A stretch of DNA of 64,000 bases, from positions 91,140,001-91,204,000 of the forward strand of contig OX597814.1 of the NCBI GenBank assembly GCA_951406725.2. Direction: 5' to 3'. Below the pieces are notes generated by a model. The model searched no databases. It was given only the letters and a program-made list of their open reading frames with translations, and was not told where the DNA came from. This document shows, piece after piece, positions 1 to 12,600 of this stretch; the first letter of the stretch is position 1; every line of letters begins with the position of its first letter. The position numbers and the translations under genes were made by a program. This DNA comes from Octopus vulgaris. Taxonomy: Eukaryota.

Positions 1-102
1 TGTTTTCGCTCAATAAACACACACAAAGCTCGGTCTGGGAATCGAAACCGCGATCCTCCGACCGCGAGTCCGCTGTCCTAACCACTGGGCCTTTGCGCCT
101 CC
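1..102 (-). mobile_element. tRNA-headed SINE, 5' part (same family as 1580-1885), cut by the window edge
   Basis: The reverse complement matches the 5' head of the copy at 1580 (GGAGGCGCAA..GTGGTTAGG..GCGGTTTCGA..CCCAGACC..TATTGAGCGAAAACA). Confidence 0.85.
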
Positions 103-1151
103 ACTATTCTAATAATGCTTATAATTAAATTTTACTGATGTTGTGAGTAATCTTAAATCGTCAATACAATTGTAAGAATAACTGTAAAGTACAAAAGTTT
201 GTCATTATGCTTTGTGTTATAGGAGGAAATTGATTCAGACAGAAGAAATGCGATTAAAATTCTTAATCAAAGATCTCTATGTAATGTGCAGACAAATGGG
301 CACTCAGTAAGTCTGAGTGTATAGGATTGATACTCTATACACTTATATTTAAACGCATCCACGTTCCTCAAACTTTCTGGTAGTGTTGCTAGATTCCAAA
401 CAATTAAGCATTCATAACTATTTATTTATTGTAAAATTTTATTGCAGCGAATTGAAATAGTAAACTAATCAATGTCTTATCCTTTCTTAAATACTTCATA
501 TTGGTTTCAAATTAGGAAAAACGCGAAAATATTTACGTTACGTTAATTCATTATTTAGCACATTCAGACCTCCGTTTATCAACTTGAACGTTATATCTGC
601 ACATCAATGTGATAGCTTAAGCAAGATTTTCAGAAGCTTCGCAGAACCATGCAAGCCATTTCTTTCGAAGTTCTCATTTTTTGTTCATTCGAAATCCACC
701 AGCATGGGGCAATAAATTTTTCAATAAAATCTATTAGACGTGTCGCTGTCAAAACTTAAAGATAAAAACAATAAACATCATACGGTATCTTGTCCGATCC
801 TCAAACAGTTTCAATCACTAAATCTTATAATAATACTGCTTGCGTTACTTAACCCGTCGGTAACGCTTTCACGCAATTAAAGAAAAAGAGGGAGAAAGAA
901 AATAGGAAGAGAAAAACGAGGGAGAGAGAAGCGTCCATTATGTGAGGTAATGATATAGAGGAGAGTTATGAATATAATTTTAGCAGAGGGGGGATGTTCT
1001 GATGATGAGATTAAGGAAAGGCAGAGAAAAAGAAAAAGAGAGAGAGAGATGGGGGAATAAGAGGGGTGTTGGTGGTGCTGGTGGCGATATCGCATGCACA
1101 GTGAAAAGTAACTTTTTAAAATAGTTTTTTATATCATCTATCACTTAACGA

Positions 1152-1370
1152 ATGCGCACCTCAAACTTTCCATACATTTTAGAAAGAAACAAGTTTCCCC
1201 TTCGCCTGTCATCTGCAATGACTATCAATAAACTACAAAGGCAGACATTTGATGAAGTGAGGCTATTCTTGCCTAAACCTCTGTTCGGCGATGTAGGAGT
1301 GAATTTTCTCAACAATCACAAACAAGAGAAAAGCAGAGAGAGAACTTACACGAAGAACATTACCTATACT
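1152..1370 (+). pseudogene. Helitron/Pif1-type helicase C-terminal remnant
   Basis: FPLRLSSAMTINKLQRQTFDEVRLFLPKPLFG resembles the Pif1/Helitron motif QFPxRLAFAMTINKSQGQTFxxVGLYLPxPVF. Confidence 0.8.
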
Positions 1371-1579
1371 GGTTTGAAAGGTGTGCGCAAGTTAAAGTGT
1401 ACGCAAAGTGAAATGTGTATGGGCTCGCCTGATTTGTCTTATAAGTTATTAACGATGTGCTTTTCAGAGTATGCCATGCTGCATTAAATTTTCACTTTCT
1501 TTGAAACTGTGACCCCTAAATTTTACATATAAAATTAATTATTTACTGTATTTTTTTGTTTTCTAGATATGATATTGTG

Positions 1580-1885
1580 GAGGCGCAATGACAAAGTGGT
1601 TAGGGCAGCAGACTCGCAGTCGGGGGATCGCGGTTTCGACTCCCAGACCGGACGTTGTGTGTGCTTATTGAGCGAAAACACCTAAAGATCCACGAGGCTC
1701 CGGCAGAGAGTGGTGATGACCCCTGTTGTACTCTTTCTTCCGGTTTCTTGAGTAACGCAGCGATGGACTGGCGTTCCGTCCAGATGTGGGGAACAGCTGG
1801 ACGGGAACACATACGCTATAGAAACCGGGAAACCGGGCCCATGAGCCTAGCTAGGCTTAAAAAGGGCGCATAAATAATAAAAACA
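1580..1885 (+). mobile_element. Full-length tRNA-derived SINE with 15-bp TSD
   Basis: A/B-box-like head, A-rich tail, and direct repeat AGATATGATATTGTG at 1565-1579 and 1886-1900. Confidence 0.9.
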
Positions 1886-2399
1886 AGATATGATATTGTG
1901 ACCATGTAAATTTTAAAATGTAGTTTTTTTCTGTTTATAGGGAACATTGAAAAATTAGAGTGCTGTTTATCAAATCTATGAAATTGTGCATATAAGCGCA
2001 TTGAATAATCATCGTACTCCAATCACCTTCACTTTTCAATGAATAACAGATGAGCAACTATCTTTTGATATACACAACACAGGCTACGCTTTCAAGACTT
2101 TTGGATAAAATGTTCAGGAATCACCTAACAGGTTTACTATTAATTCCGTGAAATATTCATGGGTCCCACCAGTCACAGATTAATGTAAATTATCAACCTT
2201 GAAATGATGCAGTGCACTTTTTTCCGGTTGGATTTGAACATGAAATGCCGATAGAATTCCGCGATTTATTCTTTCAAACATTCATCCCTTCTATTTTATT
2301 AAACTCTAATCTACATTGTTAAACTATAAATCTGAATTAAATCAAACAGAAAACAGTAACGTAAGAATTGTAGAGAAATTTTATAAATGATCTAGACAG

Positions 2400-4770
2400 C
2401 CCATGATCCGTTGTGTCACCAGTAGTTCAAGGAACCCGAAATACGGCGCAACCCGTGGTCCGATTTACGCGAAAATTGTGTTATTCCGTTTGTATTCACA
2501 TTTCAATGGCACCTTTACTTTCAAAGCATTTCTCTCCTTATACGCCAGGTACTCGAAAAAGACATGTATCTCAGTAATCCGTGGTCGGACTTACGCGAAA
2601 CGTGTTTTACTCCGTTTGTATTCAGATAAGCATCCGATTCATGATATCTCTTGCCTTTGTTGCTCCCTTGTTTCACCTGATCTTTCCTGCTTCTTTCCCT
2701 CTCCCTTTGTTCTGCCAGATACTTAGCTCTCTCCCAATTTTGGGTAAATATTTCGCACAGGTCCGGTTCGTAATTGGGTGTGAAATTATTTTTTTGCACA
2801 GGTTTTTTTCTTGTGCATTCAACGTATCTCACCTTCAAACCACTCTCTTACAGAAAAGAAAGGGGGAGAGGTACCTCGGAGTTTCCCGAGAAACCCTTTT
2901 TCCACCAACGGAGTTTTGTTTCGCGGGGTTTTTTTCTTTACCAGGTAATTTCGCATGCTTTCATCGAATGAATCATCGAACTCACTGGTAAACGTCTCCT
3001 TTACTCAGAAAAGAAATATTTGGCTGCCATTTCTAGCACACACTGCTACCACATACGTTATTTGCGATAAAGGACCCGAAGTGGCTGTTACATGGTAGCA
3101 GGGCATGCTATAAGTAGTGGCCAAATCTTTCCTCTTCCGGGAAAAGAAACCGTTTACGCGTGATTTCGATATCACAGTTTGAAAGCAATCGAAATAATCT
3201 GGGAAAAAAGACACCCGCAAGACAGAACGTCCTTGGTGGGAAACTCCGAGATCCCACCGACCCTCCACCCTCTTCTTTTCCGGAAAAAGTGGCTTGCGGG
3301 GGATTTGAAGGTAAGATACTTTGAATCACCCGAAGAAACTTGTGGAAAAAGTTATTTCACCCCGTGGTTTGAAAGGGTCCTTTACGAAATATTTATTTTT
3401 TTACAATCATTTTACTTAAAAAGATACTTTTAGATAGGCCAAAAACATTTTTGTAATGGTATTCACTTGAAAATAATTTCAAAATATTTAATATTGTCTG
3501 CTTAAAGAAAGCTAAAATATAAATACTTACAGTACTAACAACTTGTATTTTTGAAATCATATTCATTCAGAAATATTTCTAATTCATTAAATGTTGTTTA
3601 ACAAAAGCCAAAGTAAAAACATCTACTGTAAAAAAAAAATTAAAAAAATAAACTCGTATCTTTTCATTGGCACTTTAAAGTCATTAAGAATTTTTGCTCA
3701 GGTCACAAAGTTTGTCTTCAAAATACAGAATAAATTGATCTTAATGTCTGAAATGGAAAGGTTAGAGTTTCTTCCCATTCAGGGTTGTTATTTTCGGAGT
3801 ATTTTCTTATTATGCACAGTTTTGTGTGTTTAGGAATATCTCAAAACCACCATCATATCTTAGGAATCTGTGGTCCGATTTACGCAAAACTTATTTTTAC
3901 CGTTCTATTTACATTTCAGGAGCCCTTAACTTATAATATTTTCCCATTATTCGCCACTTTGGCTGTATTAAATGACAGAGAAGCAAGCATGCATTCACAG
4001 AGTTTTGGTACTATACAAGACTAATTGTTGTCTATTTGGTTACCAGTAGTTCTAGGTACTCTAAAAAAACCCGCGTATCTCTAGAATCCATAGACTGGTT
4101 CACACGAAATGGGTTATTCCGTTTGTATTCAAGTTTGAATGGTACCTTACTTTCAAAGAATGGTTACCATTATACGCCGGTTTGGTTATCTATAAAAGTA
4201 CCTGGAAAAGCCGAGTATCTCGGTAACCCGTGTCCAATTTATGCGAAACTTGTTTTATTCCGCTTGTATTCGCATGAGCATCCGATTCATGATATCACTT
4301 GCTTTTGTCTATTTCCTCTTTCACAAGACACTCAGCTCTCCAAGCATCCGATTTCTATCTCCTGTTTCTGTCTGTCTGTTTCTGTTCACATCAAGAATGT
4401 CGCAACACGAATAGATAAACGAAAATAAAAACATTTACTGTAAAAAACAACTGGTACTTTTTCGTTGGCAATTTAAAGTTACTAAGTATTTTACTCAAAC
4501 TATAGAAACCATTAGTCATAATGTCTGTAATGGAAAGGTTATGGTTTCTTCCCTTTTATGATGATGTTATTTCCGGAGCACTTCCTATTATGAACCGTTG
4601 TGGGTAATGATAAAGTGCTGAACCCCACTCTATATCTTACTACTCCGTGGTCCAATTTACACGAAACGTGTTTTGATCCGTTTGCATCGACATTTCAGAG
4701 GTACCTTAAGTCATAGTATTTTCACATTATTCGCCAGTTTGGCTGTATTAAATGACAGACAAGCTTGCTA
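2400..4770. repeat. Modular repeat complex: about six diverged copies of a CCGTGGTCCGATTTACGCGAAA...TTCCGTTTGTATTC unit plus a larger diverged duplication (~3610-4000 vs ~4425-4770)
   Basis: Unit starts near 2452, 2579, 3868, 4095, 4228 and 4646. Shared blocks such as GGCTGTATTAAATGACAGA at 3961 and 4741. Confidence 0.75.
2745..3395. repeat. Diverged inverted repeat (arms ~2745-2965 and ~3180-3395)
   Basis: CTCGGAGTTTCCC / GGGAAACTCCGAG, CCTTCAAA / TTTGAAGG and TAAATATTTCG / CGAAATATTTA pair in nested order. Confidence 0.75.
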
Positions 4771-7185
4771 AGCAATACGTTTTAGTAGTATATAGATAGA
4801 TGAATATGTTTTTAATATGCCAAATGAAGTATAAATACTAATCACTTACTAGGGTATAAATAGAATATTAACAATTATTTACTCTATACACACACATTAA
4901 GCCTTCCTCTATGAACACGTTTCTGGTCTCCGATCAAGCTACCAAACACAATTGTAATCATTACTTTGGACAATTTGGAAAACTAAATTCTCGTTCAAGG
5001 ATGACAATGTAATTCATTTTTACTGAACAGCAGGTATATGGACATTCGAAAGATAATTTAAATCAGGACAAATTAAACAAACGAAGTTGAATATAAATTA
5101 GCTACTAATAACTATCGATTTTCGGTGTCAAGATTATAGTTATTTCCCAGTAATAAAACAAGTTCAGTTTTGTTCTGAACAACTTAGAATATATTTCTAT
5201 TAAATTTAAAATTATCAATAGCCAAGTATCTTTAACATTGCAAGTGCCTTTTTTTATATAGAAATTGCATTCAGAAATGTTCACCCGGTATGTAGTTACT
5301 TCTTTTCTAACTATTCCCCAGCTTCGAACGTCTTTCACTCTAATCTCCACACTTCTCAAAGTTTATCTTTCCAATTGGTACCTGTGCATATTCTAAGCAC
5401 CATGGTAGAAGAGCAGTTATTCGTTGGGATATTTCGTTATACCTGTTTCAGTTCACCCTGCTCCTAGTTCAAATTCCAACAATGTCTACTTTTCATTTCA
5501 GCTTTTAAAAATAAAGTACTCGTCCAATACTAGAAATACTGAGCATTTCTCTATTTCGCTTCTTTACGAGAATAAAATCAGACGACATCATAGAAGTCTT
5601 ACTCGCAGCGCAGATTAAAAAACGAAAAAAAACATTCGTCCTCGAGTTTTCCAGGTATACGGTGTTATCATTGTAATGACAAAGTGTTAATTATCGAACT
5701 ATTTATAGTTACCAAGCCATTGGTACAGATATTTATCACGAACGGGAGTCTTCGTAATACTTGTGCTTGAGTCAAATATGGCAATCAAACATATAGAATG
5801 TATTTTTAAGGCTGCTAAATGAAAAAATGCAATGTGGGATTGTTTCTTTTATTCTCTACGCACCGAATTTAAAATTTCGTAACTAAGACTAGCTGGCAGC
5901 ATCAAATGTACTCTTTTTCTCTGCTAAAGCAGTAAGATTAATGTAAATTAGAATTTTAGCTATGAAAAAGTAGCAAATAAAAGTGGATTCTACTAATTAA
6001 CAGAAGAATTCAAAGCTGGTGCTAATGTTATTTTATATGCAGCTGAACAAAGTCAAATTAATTTTAAGAGTATTGTATAACTTGAAAGTATTTAAAACAG
6101 ATACGTATATTATTCTTACATAAAGGCAGCTACTGCTGTGTGGACGATACTACATTCAAAATGAATTATTATAAAATGCCTAGTCTGTTACAGCAAATTT
6201 ATTTTATAGATAGTTACAAATTGCAGCAATAGTAATGTTAGACGTTCTTTTCAATACTTCAATAGACCAAATTCGAAATGGACTTCAAGCTATTTCTGAG
6301 ATGTAATTAATCTGAAAATGCAGCATCTCGCATCTCAAGTTATTCTGCTGATATCTTCTGTTGAATTAGCAACAAGACACGATTTGCAGTTTCAACATTT
6401 GAATATTCTCATGGAAACCTATGCTAGAAAGTACAAAAATAAAGGGGAAAAACAAAATTCGAATTTCCATTTGTCGAGACGTCGGAAAGTCGTTTGCTGC
6501 AATTGATCAGGTTACCAAATTGTATTCTTCCCAAATATTTGGAGATAAAGGCATATTTTAAATTATTACTAACAAGTACTATGTATCCAACAAAAGCGTA
6601 AATTGCTTCAATGAAATTGTCTCTATCCTGTGATCAATGCACAAATGAAACAAATAATACGCTCGTTTAGGTCACAAGAAAATTTGCTTACAGTTGCAAT
6701 CATAACGAACGTCATTTCTAGTCAGTGTAGTTTGACTAAAATGTTAGACAATACACTAACGTATTATCATTAAATTTTGGAATTAAATTCATTTAAGTGA
6801 CATGCTCGTTTGTTTCATAATTTTTTCTTTGTGAATTTACAGTTTTCTATGGATACATTGCCTCAAAGTAATCAATAATAACTTATTTTTAAATGATGTC
6901 TATGGTAAAGAATTATTTTTTATACATTGGTTACAATTACGATTTAAAAATCCACAAAATTTAGTGTTTAATGGTGCCCGGTTTTCCATGGAACACAGAT
7001 ATAAAATGCAGAATTTGGCTGCTAGAGATGTGTCGAACAAATAAAGTAACTGAAAATGATAAAAGAATTAAGTGTTTTATGCACTGAATAAAAGATAATG
7101 ATGTATATAAATTTAGAATTTGGTATGTATGTACGCAAGGAAGCCGTCGATTTTAATGAATGTGATATCATAAAAGCACACACAA

Positions 7186-7270
<85 letters not shown>

Positions 7271-7296
7271 TAAGGGCCGGGGAGGTAGAAAACATT

Positions 7297-8094
7297 TCAG
7301 TCATTTGTAGGACCGTTCATAAGGACTAGTTGAATATCATTTGTGCGTTGTTCAGCAGGACTCACACCAAATTTAAGACAAATATACAAGCACAAAATAG
7401 AACCACCACATACGAACACTCCTATAGATATCGCAATGGTAGCTGGAAGGTTGCGAGTGTTAGATGGAGTAAGCCTGGAAGATATTGGATAATCTCTAGT
7501 TGTAGTGCTTTCATTTCCCGATGTTAAAGTTGTCTGCATAGGCATTGAGCGAGCATTCGCAGAAACGTATTCAGTAATTGGATATTTTTTCAAAATCTGT
7601 GAATTCAGGACTGATCGCTTCAAAATCTTCGTCTCTCGTTTCAATTTATAATCCGCTACATATTGTGCCATACCAAAATTCTCCTCGAATCTTCGTAGTG
7701 AGTTCTGATTATTCTTATATCGACGGTTAGAAATAATTACGGGTGCCCCCTTTTTTAATTTCTGTGGAGTGATAATGGAAGTATACGGTGGTGTACTGGT
7801 AACCAATATGCAGAGGATACTTCTTTTAGAAATACACCTCAAATATGAGTCTCTTAAATCGGCAAACATGCATCTCCTCAAACAATTCTGCTTCAGATTA
7901 ATATGGATATCGCGATACTGAGGTCCTCTATAATTTAAGTCTTCAACTGTAGATTGATTTTTTCTCGAGGAAAGTATTCTAAATTGTCTGCCATAAACAC
8001 CTATTTCGGAGGTATTTAGTTCTGGAGATATTTTCAAAACGTTGCACACCACAAGTAAATATTGAGCGAAAAGGACGAAAGCAAACATTCTCAT
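7297..8094 (-). CDS. Single-exon predicted type-I membrane glycoprotein (265 aa), paralog A
   Basis: Uninterrupted ORF with hydrophobic N-terminus, KILKRS basic site, S/T-rich stalk, TM (IAISIGVFVCGGSILCLYICL) and short tail. Clear colinear similarity to 26771-27373. Confidence 0.75.
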   Translation of the reverse strand: MRMFAFVLFAQYLLVVCNVLKISPELNTSEIGVYGRQFRILSSRKNQSTVEDLNYRGPQYRDIHINLKQNCLRRCMFADLRDSYLRCISKRSILCILVTSTPPYTSIITPQKLKKGAPVIISNRRYKNNQNSLRRFEENFGMAQYVADYKLKRETKILKRSVLNSQILKKYPITEYVSANARSMPMQTTLTSGNESTTTRDYPISSRLTPSNTRNLPATIAISIGVFVCGGSILCLYICLKFGVSPAEQRTNDIQLVLMNGPTND

Positions 8095-8814
8095 AGCGTG
8101 AAATATGTTGGGGAAACCTTTCTCTTCGAACCATAAATCAATTTCTATAAGCTAATTAATAGACAGATGAGTGATTATATAAATTTTCCATTTCCAATTT
8201 AAATAATTGAACATTCGAAACATTTGTATATGAAATAATAGAATTGATCTTTTGCCAAAATGTGAAACAAATATGAAATAATAGAATTGTCCAATAACAA
8301 TTCTAGTAACACAAAAACCAAGATATGTTGACAATATGTAATGACTGAGGAACGATGCATTTATGTACAAATTAAACGGCATATTCGCCACGGTTTCGAC
8401 TCCTAATTTAAATTATTTAATTTCATTTATGAGAACAATTTTATTTCGGAACTGAAGTTCTGAGCATATGCCTGTTAAAAGAAAGACAGTTAAGGTACAT
8501 CAGAATGCATTATATTTCCCTTTACTAAAAAATTAATGGGTTTAGTCACACTTCAAATACCATTAACCCATTCATATAGCTTATTTGGTAATAAGCTCTA
8601 CAAAAGAAAAGAAAAACTGTAGGTTAATGAATCCCAGTGCCGATCGTATATATTGATATAACTAAGCATTTTCAAATAGCTATTTGTATACCCTAATCTG
8701 AATGATGTAGTTGTTCCCTTTTTTTCTTTATAACTGATTGTTTAGTTGAGAGCAGCGTAAAGCACTATATTATGCCAAACAACATGTGATAAACAATGAG
8801 AAAATAACCCATTG

Positions 8815-9594
8815 AGATCTTTACCTTTTGACCGACAGATGGAAAAAATAATTTTTTGTAACCAAACACTTTCAAACTTCGGACACTGGTAGAATGTGTC
8901 ATATAAAACATCTTTTACTCGTAGCGTTTTAGAGAAAAGGTTATATTTAGGAAGTCACTTCATGTTAAAGTTGTCGTATTTCGGTAATTTCAACCAATTA
9001 ATGACGTGTCTTCAGCTGAAGAAAATTACTGCCGTTGTTTGTCAACAACAACTATAGGCAGTGTATGTTTCGCTTGACACTGTTATTCATGACATCGTTC
9101 ATGCGTTTGTGCTGGTTTTAGCATTTAGGGGTTAGGGTTAGGCTTTTAGGGTTAGTGTTAGGCTTTTAGGGTTAGGGTTTGAGGCTTAGGGTCTTAGGGA
9201 TAGTATTTTAGGGTTAGGGTTTTAGGGTTAAGGTTAGGGTTTTAGTGTTTGGGTTTTAGGGTTAGGGTTTTAGGGTTAGGGTTAAGGTGTTAGGGTTAGG
9301 GTTTTAGGGTTGTTATAAAAAGCAGTAACAAACGTAATATACATCGCCGGAAGCTTTTGTTGACAAACAACAGCAGTAATGTCGTATATTCAAGTGAATA
9401 CACGATATTAATTGGTTGAAATTACCAAAATACGACAACTTTAACATGAAATAACTTCCTAAATATAAACCTTTCTCAAAAACGCTAAGAATAAAAGATG
9501 TTTTATATGACACAGTCTACCAGTGTCGGAAGTTTGAAATTGTTTAGTAACAAAAAATTATTTTAAAAATCTGTCGGTCAAAAGGTAAACAACC
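8815..9594. mobile_element. Long-TIR non-autonomous DNA transposon (Merlin-like MITE/foldback) with a central telomere-like array
   Basis: Inverted arms of about 270 bp (GATCTTTACCTTTTGACCGACAGA / TCTGTCGGTCAAAAGGTAAA). 8-bp TSD ACCCATTG at 8807-8814 and 9595-9602. Confidence 0.85.
9115..9312 (+). repeat. Interstitial degenerate (TTAGGG/TTTTAGGG)n array
   Basis: Directly visible TTAGGG and TTTTAGGG units between the two TIR arms. Confidence 0.9.
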
Positions 9595-10356
9595 ACCCAT
9601 TGCTTCTCAGAAGTGTATATATATATATATATATATATGAGACGAGAAACAGAAATACGTTCACGTCACACACATGATGCTTATCTAAAATATATACATA
9701 TATATTGCGATGTATTATGAATTGGATTGTCTTCTCAAACAGAAGACGAGGAGTCCCGCATTGCTTAAGATCTAAAAGCAAAGATCAAGCCTAATACCTC
9801 AAACAGTTTCAGGATATCAGCTGATCCAAACTTTGTGAACACTGAAACAGTGCTGTCAGGATTGATTCTTTCATACATAAACGGATGCAGGATGTGATGG
9901 ATATGCTTACTCAACGACTATAACGGAAAGTACTCATCTCATCTAGTGTACTCTTTGTATATATACATATACTCCACTTATTCATATGGTAAATACTATA
10001 TATTGACTTGACATTTAGCCTACCTATACAGCGACGGAGAAGACATAACTAATGTAACTTTGTTACAAAGTGAAACTAGACAAGTACTATGATCTCGCTC
10101 GCTGTAGGATTGTTATCTCTCCTGTCAGTGCATTGACATGTGCTTCTTTGAGGCCTTAAAAGCTTTCGACTTTTAATTTTAGCAATGTAGGTGCTCCCCA
10201 GCAACATCAGTCACAATTAGTGACCATTGAACTTTTATTATATAGTTTTACATTGCTTGTAACCGCCTTTGTTATTTTATCACTCTCTCACTCTCTCTCT
10301 CTCTCTCTCTCTGTATATATGTATATATGTATATATATGTGTGTGTGCATATATGC

Positions 10357-10421
<65 letters not shown>

Positions 10422-10699
10422 GAGGTGTATATATGTATATATACGACATTAGATGATGATATTTTGAATGCAAGCATTGAAGAAAACTCAGTTAATGCAT
10501 CAGAGAAGTTGCAGAGAAATTGGAATTTCCCCAAGGTATTGTTCACGGACACTTTGTGGACATTGGGTATGTTTCACTTCATGACATTTGGGTGCCTCAC
10601 AAACTGTCAGAACAAAACTGCATGGACTGGTTTTCTCTCTGATATAGAAACACAATGAAAATAAAATTTACTTGAAACAAATGGTATCTGAAGATGAAA

Positions 10700-11260
10700 A
10701 ATGAAATGTTTACCATTATATAGCGAGAAAAATATTCGGCAGTAGACGTGAGGATCCTACAAAATAGCTTCCGCAGTAGAATATCAATTCAAAATTAACC
10801 ATCACTTGTGTATGGTGGTATTTCAAAGGCATTATTTACTATGCGCCAATCCCACAGAATCATAACCTCAATGCTGATGAGTACAACCATCAGCTAGCAA
10901 TTATGAATATAAAAATTAACGAATTGAGGCCTGCGCTCTCCAACACGGGTTGTACTCCATCAGGACAATGCCTCACCCCATGTGTATTTAGTTACCTGCA
11001 CAAAGTTGCCTGAACTTGGATGTAATCTCTTATCTCATCCAACATACTCACCTGACATTGAACCAACCATGTGACTATGATTTGTTTTCGTCTCTGCAGA
11101 ACTGTCCAAAAGAAATATCAATTTACGATTTAAATGATATTCAAATCCACTTCGATAACTTATTTTACTCTGAAGCAAATTAATTTTATGCCGATTATTT
11201 TATGCCTGCTAGGTGGACTAGGGCCATAGAAAACAATGGAAATTACATTAACAAATAAAG
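10700..11260 (+). mobile_element. Mariner transposase remnant
   Basis: Frameshifted LHQDNASPH ... LSHPTYSPDIEP ... DYDLFSSLQN, matching the mariner HDNAxPH and HPPYSPDLAPSDY motifs. Confidence 0.8.
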
Positions 11261-11366
11261 ATTGAAGTATGTTTTAAAATGTATTATGTATTGCTTTTAA
11301 AGAAAGCGTTAAGACCTTTTGGGTCAAACTCACATATATGTATGCATGTATATATGTCTTTGGGGG

Positions 11367-11417
<51 letters not shown>

Positions 11418-11585
11418 ATATATATATGTGTGTATATATATATACACACTTTTATCTATACACACACATATATATGTATATCCGTATATATACATACATA
11501 TATAATTGTTAAAGAAGACAACAGACCATTGAGTTATGGTAAACATCTCATGTCGTATACAATATTATCATTGGAAAAATTCTAA

Positions 11586-12540
11586 GTCTTGCAGCTGTTT
11601 CTGGGATATCCCTGAGTATGGGATATTCCGTGACAAGTTGGGAAAATAGGGAACATAAGAATAGTATATATTAATGAGTTGATGACATAGAAGAAAAGAG
11701 TAAAAGAATAAGGAGATGTAGAGAAAAAAGAAAAAGAGAAAAAAGAGCATAAAAGTTCATAGTTCAACTTACCGTTGCTGAAGAAACAAGAGCATAAGTC
11801 CTTAGGCGCAATTCTGCATAGATCCATGTAGGTTAAATACCAGATATAGTAAACATCCAGAGGAAAAAGACGCGAACATATCGATGTTCAATAGCAGACT
11901 GGTAGCGGAGGTGGCTTGTAAGTGGTAAAAGGAAAGTATAGAAAATATATATAGATAGATTGAGGTGGGGAGGGAAGTTATAGACTGGCTTTAGGAAAAA
12001 GTAAAGTGTATAGGGGTATAGTGTCTAAGAATTGTGTATCAGTTAGCCGAGAAGAAAAGGGAGAGGATTAGGAGGTAGAGGAAGATAGGGTAAAAAATAG
12101 GGCTAAATGAAAGGAATTTAAAGAGAGCAGAATGTGTCTGTGGTAGTCATAATGACTACAGCTGTTGGGAAGAAGATCTAGTAGTAAATAGCTGTGTCTG
12201 TTTTGGCTAAGGTCAGTGGTTGTAGAGTTATTTTTAACAAACAGTTATTTTTAACAAACATGTTATGGGTGTATAGGTAGCCGAGAATGGAGGAGCTATT
12301 TGAATGTTAATTTATTTATGAGTGGGAGTTATAGTCAGAGGTTAGGGGATTTATTGGATTATAGTTTTAAAATAAATTTAGGTTAAATTAAAGAATTAAT
12401 ATTTATCTCATAATTGATGAGGTAAGGTAGATTGAAGAGATTTAATACATAAGGTATAAATAAGAGATATAGTGATATAGGATAAATAGAAGAGGTAAAA
12501 AGGTGTATGTGTTAACCCACAACTCACCACAATTGCTTAA
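11586..12540 (-). mobile_element. Degenerate Penelope-like element region with hammerhead-like motif
   Basis: Hairpin plus AGAAACAGCTGCAAGAC at 11586-11636 (minus), shared with 53370-53417, followed by purine-skewed UTR-like DNA. Confidence 0.4.
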
Positions 12541-12600
12541 TAAATACAACGGAGCCTTCCCTACGTGTAAGCACAAATTCTTCCGCACTTTTAAATTCTT

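Noticed and set aside
1580-1655. Functional tRNA gene (also 63221-63295)
   Set aside because: tRNA-like heads continue into SINE bodies within TSDs and lack a complete cloverleaf.
2400-4770. CRISPR-like array
   Set aside because: Irregular spacing, diverged units, non-unique spacers and eukaryotic context.
9115-9312. Chromosome end or telomere-integrated virus junction
   Set aside because: The array is short, degenerate and enclosed in TIRs with a TSD, so it belongs to a transposon.
10220-11585. ORFs rich in YI/HT/CV repeats (also near 7100, 38100, 52230, 58250, 59020, 61800)
   Set aside because: Translations of (AT)n and (CA)n microsatellites.
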